A stretch of DNA of 64,000 nt from Nitrospirota bacterium. Lineage in GTDB: Bacteria > Nitrospirota > UBA9217. Position 1 is the first letter of the stretch, and the number at the start of each line of letters is the position of its first letter. Position numbers and translations under genes: made by a program. The notes beneath the pieces are model-generated. The model ran no database searches, was not told the DNA's origin, and worked only from the letters and a program-made list of their open reading frames with translations. This document shows positions 41,293 to 51,948 of this stretch, in pieces. The stretch lies in contig CAWFSF010000006.1 in the NCBI GenBank assembly GCA_963818475.1, positions 352,001 to 416,000 on the forward strand, given 5' to 3'.

Positions 41293-43220
41293 GTGAAAGT
41301 TATGTGCTTGTATAAAATATTATATAAAATATTATATTTATCAATAATTTCCGTTCTTCTTCTTGGACCGGGACGCGCAGATGCTTATCGCGTTTCAGGC
41401 TTAGCAGCATTTACCTATACTGTTGATGAGTCTCGAACAGGAGATCGGAAAACTTCTTCACATTATTTTACCCAGGATTATAACGTCGGGTTCCAAAATC
41501 ATATCTGGGATCCGCGGTTTCTAAGATTTCACGCGGGAATCGGATATAACGTTATCACTGGTTCGACTGAAAACAAAAGCCTGACTTATGACCTTGGTAT
41601 GAACTTCTTCAGTGGCATGATGATATCCTGGAACTTGTTCGATAGAAAATCTACAAGCAAGGTGTCGACCAGAGGAAATGACTACGATCTAATGACGAGT
41701 TCCTATGGCGGATCCTTGGACCTTAATCTCAGCCGCATGGCAGGGCGGCGAAGGAATAATAACAACAACAACAACAACAACAACAATAACAACAACAATA
41801 ACTTTAATAATAACATAACAATAATAACAACAACAACAATAATAATAACAACAATAACAACGGAAGCCGGTTCCGTTTCCCTCTCCCTGATATTGAACTT
41901 TCCTTCGGACATGTTGAGTCTGAAGCACAGAATGCGCTGAATCCGATCCGTGAATCGCGTGACAACGCTGGCCTGTCTATGAAATACCGCTTTACTTCAC
42001 GGGGCGATCTGAACATAGGTCAGACCGTGGAAACGTATAAGAACTTCATTACCGGAGGAACCTATGATACGAAGTCCACGGACTTTTCATCAAAAATTCT
42101 TGTGTCCCCTGGTGCTGACCTGGTGGTGAGTGGCAACCGGCTTGACCGGACAATCACGGGCATTCCCGGGTTTGGTGCTGATAAAAGATTGCAGTCCAAG
42201 GTAGCCCTTAATTTTAAGGAGCGGGAAGGAATATCGTATGGCTACACGTATGACTTCAGCGATTCTCAGACGCCCAGCGATGAACTGACCCGCCACGATG
42301 CCGCGGCCACGGTGTCGTACCTGATCAATAGTGACCTGTCTTTGCGCGGAAACCTCAATTATAGCGTAGCGGACTATTTCATCAAAGCCACGGAAGAGAG
42401 ACAGAACCTGGAGACCGGAGGTGCTCAGACTGGGGTGGCCTACCGGAAAATCCATACGCCGGATTTTCTCGGGCCATTTGTAATGGACACTAATTATGGA
42501 TTCAATACGGGCTATTCGAAGGTCACTGGCCAGGTCAGTGAGGATACGGGGGGAGGCCTGTATTATGAAAACACCGCGGGTCTCTTATTCACGAGCAAGG
42601 GATGGACAAAGGATAGATTGTCCGCGGGTTACAATATCTCCAGCAAAAGAGACCGGTCGCCTCTTAGTAACAATGCCCGGCGGGAGAATTTTAGATTTGA
42701 TGCTTCCACATTCCGGATTCCTCAGACAACCGTGCAAGCCAATATCTCCTATAGTTCCATCGAAAATAGCAGTGCCGCCAACTATAGTGAGTTGATATAT
42801 GGATATCAAAAAAATCCGATTGCCGAACGCAGAGATCTTACCTACCAGGTGACCGCGCTTTACCTGGTCTCGCCTTCCCTGAACATTGATGTCGGAGCCT
42901 CGAAACAGCGTACTTCGGACGCTGCCTCACTTTCTACCTTGCAGCCTACTAATGCAGCGATGATCGAACAACTGGCATATATTGGCGCCCACTATGTAAA
43001 TGCTATTAGCCGCAGTCTGGTGTACCGGGCAGATGTCCGTGATGAATTCCGAAGCACATCCGGGGAAAGAATAGAAAGACGCAATGTCGAAATGAACCTC
43101 GATTACCGCATCAGGCAGGTTCTGGTAAATTTTAAATACCGCTGGAACGCGTCGATGCCTGACAACGGTCTTACTACCTACGTGCAGAGCTATTATGTGA
43201 AATTGTCGAGGCCGTTCTAA
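41293..43220 (+). CDS. Putative outer-membrane beta-barrel (~640 aa) with a poly-Asn tract; frame broken inside the tract at about 41815
   Basis: Signal peptide, amphipathic beta-strands and a C-terminal YYVKLSRPF BAM-type signature. ORFs 41293-41940 and 41979-43220 join if one A is added at 41815. Confidence 0.7.
41755..41861 (+). repeat. (AAY)n trinucleotide microsatellite
   Basis: 16 Asn codons, TTT, 3 Asn codons, an orphan AT, then 15 Asn codons. Confidence 0.95.
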
Positions 43221-43568
43221 GGAGAGTGCTCGCATCGCTCCAACAAGCAAGCATGTCGTTGCCGATCCGGCATCCGCTGAGGATCAGCAGAAACATTATC
43301 CTTTGGGTCCTGTTTACATGTGAGATAGGGCTTCCGGCAGACATCATTATATTGCCACCTCAATGCCTCCCGCATCCTGCGAACGTATAAGGCGTTTTCC
43401 GATTACTGACAGCACTTTCATCGCCTGAGCAATGCTGGCATGCGCCGGTTATATTCGTTCGAGCACATGGTAGATATAGGCTTCCAGGCGTATCTCAAGT
43501 GTGGATAACGACGGATTGTTCCTTGTACAAAGGCTTCACTTTGGCGGGAATGTGGGTGAATAAACGGG

Positions 43569-44327
43569 ATGATCCACGGAAAAAAACTCATTGTTGTCAT
43601 GCCTGCCTATAACGCGGAAAAAACGCTTCGGCAGACCTATGCGGAGCTGCCTCATGAGTATGTTGATGAGGTCATTCTGGTGGATGATGCCTCCGGGGAT
43701 AATACGACCACGGTTGCCCATGATCTTGGCATCACCACAATCGTGCATGCTGAAAACAGAGGATACGGTGCAAACCAGAAGACCTGCTATCGGGAGGCGC
43801 TGAAGCTGGGCGCTGACATCGTGGTGATGGTCCACCCCGATTATCAGTATTCACCTCGGCTGGTAACCGCCATGGCATCCATGATCACTTCGGGGCATTA
43901 TGATGTTGCACTGGGATCAAGGATCCTGTGCGGCGGGACCTGGCAGGGAGGAATGCCCCTGTACAAATATATAGCCAATCGTTTTCTCACGCTGGTCGAG
44001 AACGTGATGCTCGGCATCAAATTATCCGAGTTCCATACCGGCTACCGCGCCTTCAGCCGGAAAGTGCTCCTTGCTCTGCCCTTAGGGGAAAATTCCGATG
44101 ATTTTGTTTTTGATAACGAGATGCTTGCCCAGTCGGTATACCGGGGGTTCAGGATCGGCGAGATAAGCTGTCCCACGAAATATTTTGACGATGCTTCCTC
44201 GATCTCGTTCACGCGCAGCGTTCACTACGGATTCGGTGTCCTGGGGACGTCGGGAAAATTTGTGCTTCAGAAGCTCGGTCTCGCAAAATTTGCCCTGTTT
44301 AGCAGCACCGGGAAAAAACTGTGCTGA
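43569..44327 (+). CDS. GT2 glycosyltransferase (DPM1-like)
   Basis: [33 protein letters not shown] and HTGYRAF. Confidence 0.88.
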   Translation: MIHGKKLIVVMPAYNAEKTLRQTYAELPHEYVDEVILVDDASGDNTTTVAHDLGITTIVHAENRGYGANQKTCYREALKLGADIVVMVHPDYQYSPRLVTAMASMITSGHYDVALGSRILCGGTWQGGMPLYKYIANRFLTLVENVMLGIKLSEFHTGYRAFSRKVLLALPLGENSDDFVFDNEMLAQSVYRGFRIGEISCPTKYFDDASSISFTRSVHYGFGVLGTSGKFVLQKLGLAKFALFSSTGKKLC

Positions 44328-44550
44328 TGCAACCCGCTCCGCACTCGCCAGCATGGCGCCTTCCGTGATCAGAACGACGAAAGACGCTCGCATCGTGCAG
44401 CACCGCCCTCATGCCCTCCTTCAGGCGTTCTTACCGGCAATGCTTGTCCAGCGCCAACCGCATCCGTCTCTCTGAGATCCCCGACCGGTCCCGACGGCCG
44501 GTATTCCAGATGCTGTTTGACAGCTCATTCGGTCACATGTCGCTTTCTGG

Positions 44551-45327
44551 CTAGTTCGTTTTTTGCTCTGCCGGTTTGGTCGGCAGCGGCTGCGGCGCCG
44601 GCGCTGCTGCTGTCCCGGTCGGAGCCGAAGCCGGCGTGGGTTGCTGGACCGCAACCGGATTCTGGACTGCCAAGTCGATCGTGGCCGGAGCCTGTATAAT
44701 GATGATGGTCTTCTGATCTCTGATCTTAAACCCGCGATCAGGCAACGCTGCCGGATATGCCGCTGCAACGAGCGATTCCTGGTTGATGCCACCTTTTTCT
44801 ACCAGATATTTTACCAGGGCGGTTGACCGTTCCGATGCAAGGATTCGCGCGTCTTTTGCCGGGATCTTTTTTTTGCCCTTGCCGCGAGCTGCGACCGGCA
44901 GGGTCATATTGCCGATGATGATCTCCCGGTCTTTCAAAACGGGATTTTTGAGCAGATTTGCAAGCTTCTGGAGCAGTGGGACGCTGTCTTTGGAAAAAGT
45001 GACCGAACGGTCCAGATAGAGCATGTTCTCAGAGATGTTCACGATGACCTGGGTGTCGGCAGCCTGCACTTCTGCCGTGCCCGCGTTCGTTTCAACGCTC
45101 AGCTCTTTTTTTGCAGCCTCGACGACCGGGGCGACCCAAGCTGTCGTTTTTTTCGCTGCTTCTTTGCACTTTTTGAGGTCTCTCTTTGCTTTCTCGAATT
45201 CCGGCATGCCGGCTTTCAGCTGCTGGTTTTCCGCGGTCATGGGTGCTGCAATGGTAAAATAATAAAACGCCGCGGCACCGAGAACGGCTGCGAGCAATGC
45301 TCCCAGGATGTATGTTACGATCTTCAT
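44551..45327 (-). CDS. Membrane-anchored OmpA/MotB-like protein
   Basis: N-terminal TM and coiled coil; LASERSTALVKYLVEKGGI..LVAAAY resembles a degenerate OmpA_C domain. Confidence 0.6.
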   Translation of the reverse strand: MKIVTYILGALLAAVLGAAAFYYFTIAAPMTAENQQLKAGMPEFEKAKRDLKKCKEAAKKTTAWVAPVVEAAKKELSVETNAGTAEVQAADTQVIVNISENMLYLDRSVTFSKDSVPLLQKLANLLKNPVLKDREIIIGNMTLPVAARGKGKKKIPAKDARILASERSTALVKYLVEKGGINQESLVAAAYPAALPDRGFKIRDQKTIIIIQAPATIDLAVQNPVAVQQPTPASAPTGTAAAPAPQPLPTKPAEQKTN

Positions 45328-45385
45328 GACAATCTCCTTCGTGCGCGGGATGATGAGCAGCGGCCGGAGCTGCCAACCGGAACAC

Positions 45386-46579
45386 TCACTGCAATCGTGC
45401 AAACGCTTTTTCGATCCGGTCAAGCCCCTTCTGGATATTTTCCATGGATGTTGCGTAGGACAGCCTGATATAGGCCTCAGCGCCGAATGCATCGCCCGAC
45501 ACCAGCGCCACCTGCGCATCTTCGAGCAAATAGGTAGCGAGGTCGGCCGAACCCTTAAGGGTTTTTCCGTTCACGCTCTTGCCGAACAGCCGTGAGACAT
45601 CGGGAAACGCGTAAAATGCGCCGACTGGCATGAGACAGGAGACACCCTTCATGGCGTTCAAGCGCTCCACCATGAAGCGCCGTCTTTTATCGAATTCGAT
45701 ATTCATGGTCGCAATAAAGTCCTGAGGCCCCCTGAGCGCCTCGACAGCCGCTTTCTGTGATATGGAGCAAGGGTTCGAGGTGCTCTGGCTCTGAATGTTC
45801 GCCATGGCGGACAGGACATCCGTCGGGCCGGCTGCATAGCCGATGCGCCAGCCGGTCATGGCATGCGACTTGGAAACGCCGTTCACCACGATGGTGAGGT
45901 CCTTGATGTCCTTGCCCAGCGATGCTATGCTGCAATGGTTGAAGCCGTCATAGAGGAGCTTTTCGTATATTTCGTCGGAGATCACATAGAACTGGTGCCG
46001 AACGGCAACTGCCGCGATCTCTTCGAGCGTTTTTCTGTCGTATGCAAGGCCGGTCGGGTTCGAAGGGCTGTTGAGCACCAGCGCCTTGGTCTTTTTGGTC
46101 ACGGACTGTTCGAGTTTTTTTGCCGTCAGCGTGAAACCTTCCTCGGCGGTCGTCTCCACGATGACCGGCGTGGCATCGTTCAAAATCACCTGGTCAGGAT
46201 AGGAAACCCAGTAGGGGGCCGGGATAATGACCTCGTCGCCCGGATCGAACAGCGCTTCAGCAATATTGTACAGGCTGTGCTTGGCGCCGCAGGAAATGAG
46301 GACCTGCGGTCGCTCGTAGGCCAGGTTGTTGTCTTTTTTAAACTTATCGATCACCGCGTCCTTCAGCTCATCGGTGCCGCCTGCCGGCGTATATTTGGTA
46401 AAGCCCGACTGGATCGCCTTGATCCCGGCTTGTTTCACGTTCTCAGGCGTGTCGAAATCCGGCTCGCCGACGCCGAAATCGACCACATCGATTCCCTGTG
46501 CTTTCATGGCCTTGGCTTTGGCTGCTGTTGCCAGGGTCGGGGACGGCTTAATAGCCATAGCTCGCTTTGCAATGCCCAT
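45386..46579 (-). CDS. PLP-dependent class I aminotransferase (aspartate aminotransferase-like)
   Basis: GEPDFDTP, NSPSNPTG, SDEIYE and SKSHAMTGWRIGY. Confidence 0.92.
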   Translation of the reverse strand: MGIAKRAMAIKPSPTLATAAKAKAMKAQGIDVVDFGVGEPDFDTPENVKQAGIKAIQSGFTKYTPAGGTDELKDAVIDKFKKDNNLAYERPQVLISCGAKHSLYNIAEALFDPGDEVIIPAPYWVSYPDQVILNDATPVIVETTAEEGFTLTAKKLEQSVTKKTKALVLNSPSNPTGLAYDRKTLEEIAAVAVRHQFYVISDEIYEKLLYDGFNHCSIASLGKDIKDLTIVVNGVSKSHAMTGWRIGYAAGPTDVLSAMANIQSQSTSNPCSISQKAAVEALRGPQDFIATMNIEFDKRRRFMVERLNAMKGVSCLMPVGAFYAFPDVSRLFGKSVNGKTLKGSADLATYLLEDAQVALVSGDAFGAEAYIRLSYATSMENIQKGLDRIEKAFARLQ

Positions 46580-46770
46580 GCTTATGGTGCCCTTTCTATC
46601 TAAAACAGAGTGAAATATGGAGTATCAAAAGTTGTCTAAGTGCTTGAATTTTTATCATACCGAACCGTCAAAGTCAAATGGTTTCTTGGATCGCAGGCGC
46701 ATGCATTGGTCAAAGTGGGCCTATTCTCAGTCCAAGAGCATCAAGGGCCTCTACGACCTGCAGGGAGCGC

Positions 46771-46809
46771 AAAAAAAGCCCAGCTTCGTCCGGGGACGAA
46801 GCTGGGCTT
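46771..46809 (-). terminator. Intrinsic terminator after the LysM gene
   Basis: aagcccagcttcgtcc/ggacgaagctgggctt hairpin with a T7 tail on the minus strand. Confidence 0.75.
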
Positions 46810-46833
46810 GACATGCGAACAGCTGAATACGCG

Positions 46834-48105
46834 TTATTTGATGAGCTCGACCCTGTCGCCTTTGGCGATGGTGTCCTTACTGCTCTTTACCAGCGCGGTA
46901 GCCGTTGTGTCCTTGACCAGGACCACCTGTGCCTCACCAATGATCTTTCTCGGGAAGCCTTTTTTTAGCGGGTCAATGAAGACCATGAAACGGTCGCCCG
47001 GTTTTACGCCGTCATTGCCGCCTTTGTCCAGAAAGAGCAGGTCGAACGTTCCATTGATCGAGCGGCTGTCCATGACCTCCATGACGTGCCCGTCGATGCT
47101 CCGGCCATCGTTCTGCGGGACCGAGTAGATGAGCATCGGTTCCTGATAGGGCGCTAACAGGCTGCCTTTGGAGATGGTGTCGAAGGAGAGGGAGATCTGC
47201 GCTGTGAGGTAGGCGGCGCCGGGAGCCTTTTCGATCACCTGGAGTATGCCGAGAACCTTGATCAGGCGGCCCATTTTTTTGCCGGTTTGGGGGTGCTTCA
47301 CTTTCTTCACCGGAGCTACGATAAGGTATTTGTCCCCGATATTCACGTTCTCCGGCGCGTTCACCTTGATAAAGACGATATCGTCGTAACCAAGCATGGA
47401 TTTCGGCTCCAATGCCCCGGCAATGGATTCCTCCCAGGTGTCGGTGCTCACATAGCTTGCGCTGAGCATGGTGTACTTGTCAATGAGGGGATGCACGGCC
47501 CCTTGCTCCAGGATGAGTCCGCGCTTGACCGGTTCCTCTGCTTGTGCCGGTGCAGCGGTCGGAGGAGCGGGTGTTGCAGTTGCAGGCGGTGCTTTGGTGC
47601 CAGCCTTTTCTGCTCCCTCCGGCGGTGCGGCCTCTGCTGGCGCCTGCATGGCACGCTCAAGCATGGCAAGGCTCGGTATGGTGAGCTTGTTCCCGGGATA
47701 GATCAGATCGGGATTCTTGATAAAAGGATTTTCCTTCCAGATGAGCGGCCACAGGAACGGGTCTTTGAGCAAACTGTTCGAGATGTCCCAGAGCGTATCG
47801 CCCTTGACGACGATATAGATGCCGCTTTCCGGCGCAGCCGATTCAGTTTTTTCCGGTGTAGCCGTTTCCGTTTTTTCCGGTGTAGCCGTTTCCGTTTTTT
47901 CCGGTGTAGCCGTTTCCGTTTTTTCCGGTGTAGCCGTTTCCGTTTTTTCCGGTGCAGCCGTTTCCGTTTTTTCCGGTGCAGCCGTTTCCATTTTTTCTGT
48001 CGCAGCCGATTCCGTTTTTTCCTGGAGCCGGGCGGTGGACGGGAACAGCATGATAGTGGTTGTGATCACAAGAGTGAAAACGAGGGTATGCGACCTTTTG
48101 GTCAT
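46834..48105 (-). CDS. LysM peptidoglycan-binding protein (TsaP-like architecture) with an N-terminal 8-aa repeat
   Basis: YIVVKGDTLWDIS..DPFLWPLIWKENPFIKNPDLIYPG and a C-terminal GVKPGDRF FlgT_C-like region. Confidence 0.82.
   Translation of the reverse strand: MTKRSHTLVFTLVITTTIMLFPSTARLQEKTESAATEKMETAAPEKTETAAPEKTETATPEKTETATPEKTETATPEKTETATPEKTESAAPESGIYIVVKGDTLWDISNSLLKDPFLWPLIWKENPFIKNPDLIYPGNKLTIPSLAMLERAMQAPAEAAPPEGAEKAGTKAPPATATPAPPTAAPAQAEEPVKRGLILEQGAVHPLIDKYTMLSASYVSTDTWEESIAGALEPKSMLGYDDIVFIKVNAPENVNIGDKYLIVAPVKKVKHPQTGKKMGRLIKVLGILQVIEKAPGAAYLTAQISLSFDTISKGSLLAPYQEPMLIYSVPQNDGRSIDGHVMEVMDSRSINGTFDLLFLDKGGNDGVKPGDRFMVFIDPLKKGFPRKIIGEAQVVLVKDTTATALVKSSKDTIAKGDRVELIK
47829..48020 (-). 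repeat. 24-bp tandem repeat, about 8 copies (EKTETA[T/A]P)
   Basis: ccggtgtagccgtttccgtttttt repeated. Confidence 0.9.
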
Positions 48106-48627
48106 TCCTGCCTCCTGATCTTCTTTTGCCGGCCGGCTTGCCGGTTCTGTTTTGCAGCAACTCTCTTCTGCTCGAGGCGGGCTTCAGGTTGGGCTCGGCC
48201 TGTGCCTCTCTGCTCTACCAGTCTTCCCGCGCCTTCATCCTTATCAAAACAGGTCAATAGTTGTGGTTGATTCGTCACGTTACTGTTGGTGGCATGCTGG
48301 AGTTTTTGAAGTTCGAGAAGCTGTTTTAGCAGGATGATGACCTCGTTCTTTCGAGGATATAGTTGCCGCTGTTGAGCAGGCGTATACGCTGTCAAGAGCA
48401 GGCCGGCAAGCGCCTTATCGGCAGAGCAGACCAGCGTGTTCTTTCTGAACTCAGCAGTCCCCCTGTCCGTCTCACCTCACTCATCTGATACCAAATTCCG
48501 CCAAGCCGACTGACGCAAATCAGATGATGGCTTGCTGTAAGATAGCTGAGAAACCTCTTGTTTGTCAAGAGAATTAATCATATCAGGAACTTGCTTTTGC
48601 AGTATCTTTTTGGTATTCTGCCCTACC

Positions 48628-50808
48628 ATGACGACGCGGCAAAAAGAACAGCAGACGGGGTTCAAGGCAGTGCTCTACCTTCTGGGGTTCATGTTCTTGA
48701 CCGCGGTCGCCGTAGTGCTGCAGCTCAGGTTCAGGGGGTTTGAAGGACCCCTCTCGGACAGCCTCCTCATTATCGTCCTGATCAATGCCAATTTCCTGCT
48801 GCTGGCGGCGGTCATCGTCATGATCGCCCGCAGTCTCTGGAAACTGTCGATCGAGAGGAAGCAACGGGTGCTGGGGGCCAGGTTCAGGACCAAGCTGGTC
48901 ACCGCCTTCGTCAGCCTGTCGTTCATTCCGCCGGTCCTGCTGTTCATCATCGGCAGCGGCATGTTCACCAGCAGCATCGAGCGGCTCTTTAACCTCAGGA
49001 TCGAGAACTCGCTCAAAGCCTCCCGTTCCGTTGCCCAGGCATATTACGACCTCCTCGATAAAAAGGCGCTCGCCTTCGGCAGGGAGATCAGCAGGCAAAT
49101 GGCTGAGGAACAGCTGCTGAACCGCTTTGAACGGCCGGTGCTCAAGGAGTATCTTGCCCGCAAAGCGGCCGAGTACGACCTGGGCGGGATCGAGCTCATT
49201 ACCGCCTCCCGTGAACGGGCGGTTACCGTTGTTACGGGACAATTCCCGGCGAAAACGTTCAGCGCCACTTCCTCCGAGCTGGCCGCGCAGGCATTATCCG
49301 GCAGGCCCGCCTCCGGCATCATCGAGTTGGGGAGGCGGGGGCAGATCGTACGCACCGTGGTCCCGCTCCGTGCCTCCGCCGAGGACCGTCAGGTGACGGC
49401 GCTGATCAGCATCAGCTACTATGTACCCGAGAACCTTGCATCAAAAGCGGCTGAGAGCAGCACAGGATATTCGCAATACCGGGCGCTGCGGACCGAAAAG
49501 GAACCGATCAAGCTGGCCTATCGGCTCGGGTTTCTCGCGGTAACGCTGTCCCTGCTTCTCGCCGCCATCTGGGTCGCGCTCCGCGTGGCGGCCGGAATCA
49601 CCGTTCCGATCCAAAAGCTGGCCGAAGGGACGGCTGCAGTAGCAGCCGGCCGGTTCGATTACCACATCGACGAAGCGCCGGGAGACGAGGTCGGGGTACT
49701 GATCAACTCATTCAACAAAATGACGAGCGACCTGAAGCATTCCCGGGAGCGCCTGGAGCAGGAGGTCGCGTACAAGGAAACCATCCTTTCGAACATCGAT
49801 ACCGGTGTTGTGTCCATGGACCGCGCCGGCCGGATCACCACCATCAATCGGGCTGCCTCGGACATTCTGAGCGTCCAGGATCAGGATGTACTCTTCAAAC
49901 GATATGACGAGGCTTTCAGCTTTATCGAACTGGGACCGGTGCGCACGTTGTTCAGCAGACTTGAGAAAGGGCCGGGCCAGGCGGAGGAGGAACTGTCGCT
50001 GACAGTGCGCGGCAGGGTCCTGACGCTCCGCATGAGGGTCACGATGCTGCGGGACAGCGGCGGGGCGCTGGTCGGATCGGTCATCACCTTTGACGATCTG
50101 ACGGAGCTGCTCAGGGCGAAAAAGGCGGAGACCTGGCAGGATGTGGCCCGCAGGATCGCTCACGAGTTTAAAAATCCGCTCACTCCCATCAAGCTCTCGG
50201 CCGAACGCCTGCGGAAAAAACATGCCGAGGGCGCTGCGGATTTCGATGCGGTTTTCGATGATTGCAGCCGCACAATCGTTCAGGAAGCAGATGCTCTGCG
50301 AAAGTTGGTCGATGAGTTCGCGAACTTTGCCCGGATGCCGAGTTCGAATCCTGTGCCGCAGCCGCTCCACCTGGTCCTGGAGAGCGTCATATCGCTTTAC
50401 GCCGGTGCGCATAAGGACATCTCCTTTGTGAGCCGGTTCCAGGCCGATATGCCCGATGTGCTGCTGGACCGGGAGCAGGTGAAGCGGGTGTTCATCAATC
50501 TCTTCGAAAATTCCGTTGAGGCCATGGGCGGCAAGGGCACGATCTGGATCACGACGGCCATGAACGCCTCGGGCAGGGCGCTGGTGGAGGTAGCGGACAG
50601 CGGGCCCGGCATCGCGCCCGAGGATGTCCCGCGGGTGTTCGAACCGGATTTCTCCCGGAAGAAAAAGAATGGCGGTCTCGGGCTGGCCATCGTGCACAAG
50701 ATCATCGCCGACCACGGCGGCTCGATCCGTTTTGAGCAGAACACACCAAGGGGTGCACGCTTTATTATAGAACTCGCTGTCAGGGACAGGGAAGTTCAGA
50801 GTTCATAG
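48628..50808 (+). CDS. NtrY-like HAMP/PAS sensor histidine kinase
   Basis: GARFRTKLV, HAMP, PAS, WQDVARRIAHEFKNPLTPIKLSAERL and GGLGLAIV. Confidence 0.9.
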   Translation: MTTRQKEQQTGFKAVLYLLGFMFLTAVAVVLQLRFRGFEGPLSDSLLIIVLINANFLLLAAVIVMIARSLWKLSIERKQRVLGARFRTKLVTAFVSLSFIPPVLLFIIGSGMFTSSIERLFNLRIENSLKASRSVAQAYYDLLDKKALAFGREISRQMAEEQLLNRFERPVLKEYLARKAAEYDLGGIELITASRERAVTVVTGQFPAKTFSATSSELAAQALSGRPASGIIELGRRGQIVRTVVPLRASAEDRQVTALISISYYVPENLASKAAESSTGYSQYRALRTEKEPIKLAYRLGFLAVTLSLLLAAIWVALRVAAGITVPIQKLAEGTAAVAAGRFDYHIDEAPGDEVGVLINSFNKMTSDLKHSRERLEQEVAYKETILSNIDTGVVSMDRAGRITTINRAASDILSVQDQDVLFKRYDEAFSFIELGPVRTLFSRLEKGPGQAEEELSLTVRGRVLTLRMRVTMLRDSGGALVGSVITFDDLTELLRAKKAETWQDVARRIAHEFKNPLTPIKLSAERLRKKHAEGAADFDAVFDDCSRTIVQEADALRKLVDEFANFARMPSSNPVPQPLHLVLESVISLYAGAHKDISFVSRFQADMPDVLLDREQVKRVFINLFENSVEAMGGKGTIWITTAMNASGRALVEVADSGPGIAPEDVPRVFEPDFSRKKKNGGLGLAIVHKIIADHGGSIRFEQNTPRGARFIIELAVRDREVQSS

Positions 50809-50886
50809 TTCGGAGTTGCACTGCACCGCTGACTGTGTGTCTCAGCTCCGAACTCCATGCTCCGAACATAATTTAAGGGGGTCACA

Positions 50887-51255
50887 TTGGATACACCGTC
50901 AACGATACTGGTCGGGATCATCGTCGTGTTTGCACTGGTGAAGGTAATCGGGTACCTGGGTCGTCTGGGCATCAAGCAGATAAGTCCCCGGGAGCTTGAT
51001 CAGAAAAAAGGTATCATGCTGATCGATGTCCGCACGGACAGGGAGTATAGCCAGGGACACATCCCCGGCGCGGTCCATGTGCCGCTCTCCGAGGTCGGCA
51101 CCCGGATCAAAAAAGTGAAGAAGGACAAGGAACTCGTTGTGTACTGCCGGAGCGGCAACCAGAGCATCTGGGCGATCAAACGCCTGATGGGCATGGGCTA
51201 CACTCATCTCTACAACCTGAAGGGCGGCTATAGTGCCTGGAAGCGAATTCATTGA
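50887..51255 (+). CDS. Rhodanese-like domain protein
   Basis: IDVRT..EY..GHIPGA, VYCRSG and LKGGYSAW. Confidence 0.88.
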   Translation: MDTPSTILVGIIVVFALVKVIGYLGRLGIKQISPRELDQKKGIMLIDVRTDREYSQGHIPGAVHVPLSEVGTRIKKVKKDKELVVYCRSGNQSIWAIKRLMGMGYTHLYNLKGGYSAWKRIH

Positions 51256-51890
51256 CGAACTGAAGCGCGACTATCGCGCCAAACGGCCGCAGATCGTCAA
51301 ACGGCTTGCGGAGTTCAAAGAGGCGTACCGGAAGGGCGATACCGTTATCTTCGAGGAATTGTGCTACTGTATCCTGACCGCAGGAAGCAGCGCCAAGATG
51401 GGGATGCGAACGGTCGAGGCGCTTCGCGATCTTCTGCAGCAGGGGACGCAAGAAGAGCTGCAGCAGCGTGCCCGTGCAAGCCGCGTGCGGTTCTGGCGCG
51501 TCAGGCCGTCCTACATCGTGCAGACGCGGGAACGTCTCCGGGAGCGCTGCGGTCTCCAGCATGCAGTCCTTTATCGAGTCCTTTGAAAACCCCGAAGCTT
51601 TGCGGGATTTTTTCGCATCGGACAAGGGGATCAAGGGCCTGGGGTATAAGGAAGCGAGCCACTTTCTGCGGAACATCGGATTGAGCGGCTATGCGATCCT
51701 GGACAAGCACATTCTGAACAGCCTGCGCGAAATGGGTGTCATTGGAAAGCGGATGCGGCCGCCTGCGACACGCGCCCGTTATCTTGCCATAGAAAAAAAA
51801 CTGGCCCGTTTCTCCCGCGAGATCGGGATCGACATGGACCACCTGGACCTGCTCCTGTGGTCGCGAAAAACCGGAGAGATACTGAAATAG
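51233..51890 (+). CDS. ogg: N-glycosylase/DNA lyase (8-oxoguanine DNA glycosylase, Ogg2-type); one +1 frameshift near 51557
   Basis: FEELCYCILTA, IKGLGYKEASHFLRNIG, AILDKHIL, LDLLLW and a C-terminal GEILK. Confidence 0.85.
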
Positions 51891-51948
51891 GTTTTGGAAT
51901 GCGGATGACGGATGATGCGTCTGATCAGGCGCAGACGAGGAGCTACCA

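Noticed and set aside
41689-42016. Poly-Leu/Val/Cys ORFs on the minus strand
   Set aside because: They are alternative readings of the (AAY)n microsatellite.
48102-48480. Possible small gene upstream of the LysM gene
   Set aside because: No convincing start, RBS or recognisable motif; it may be a degraded or error-containing ORF.
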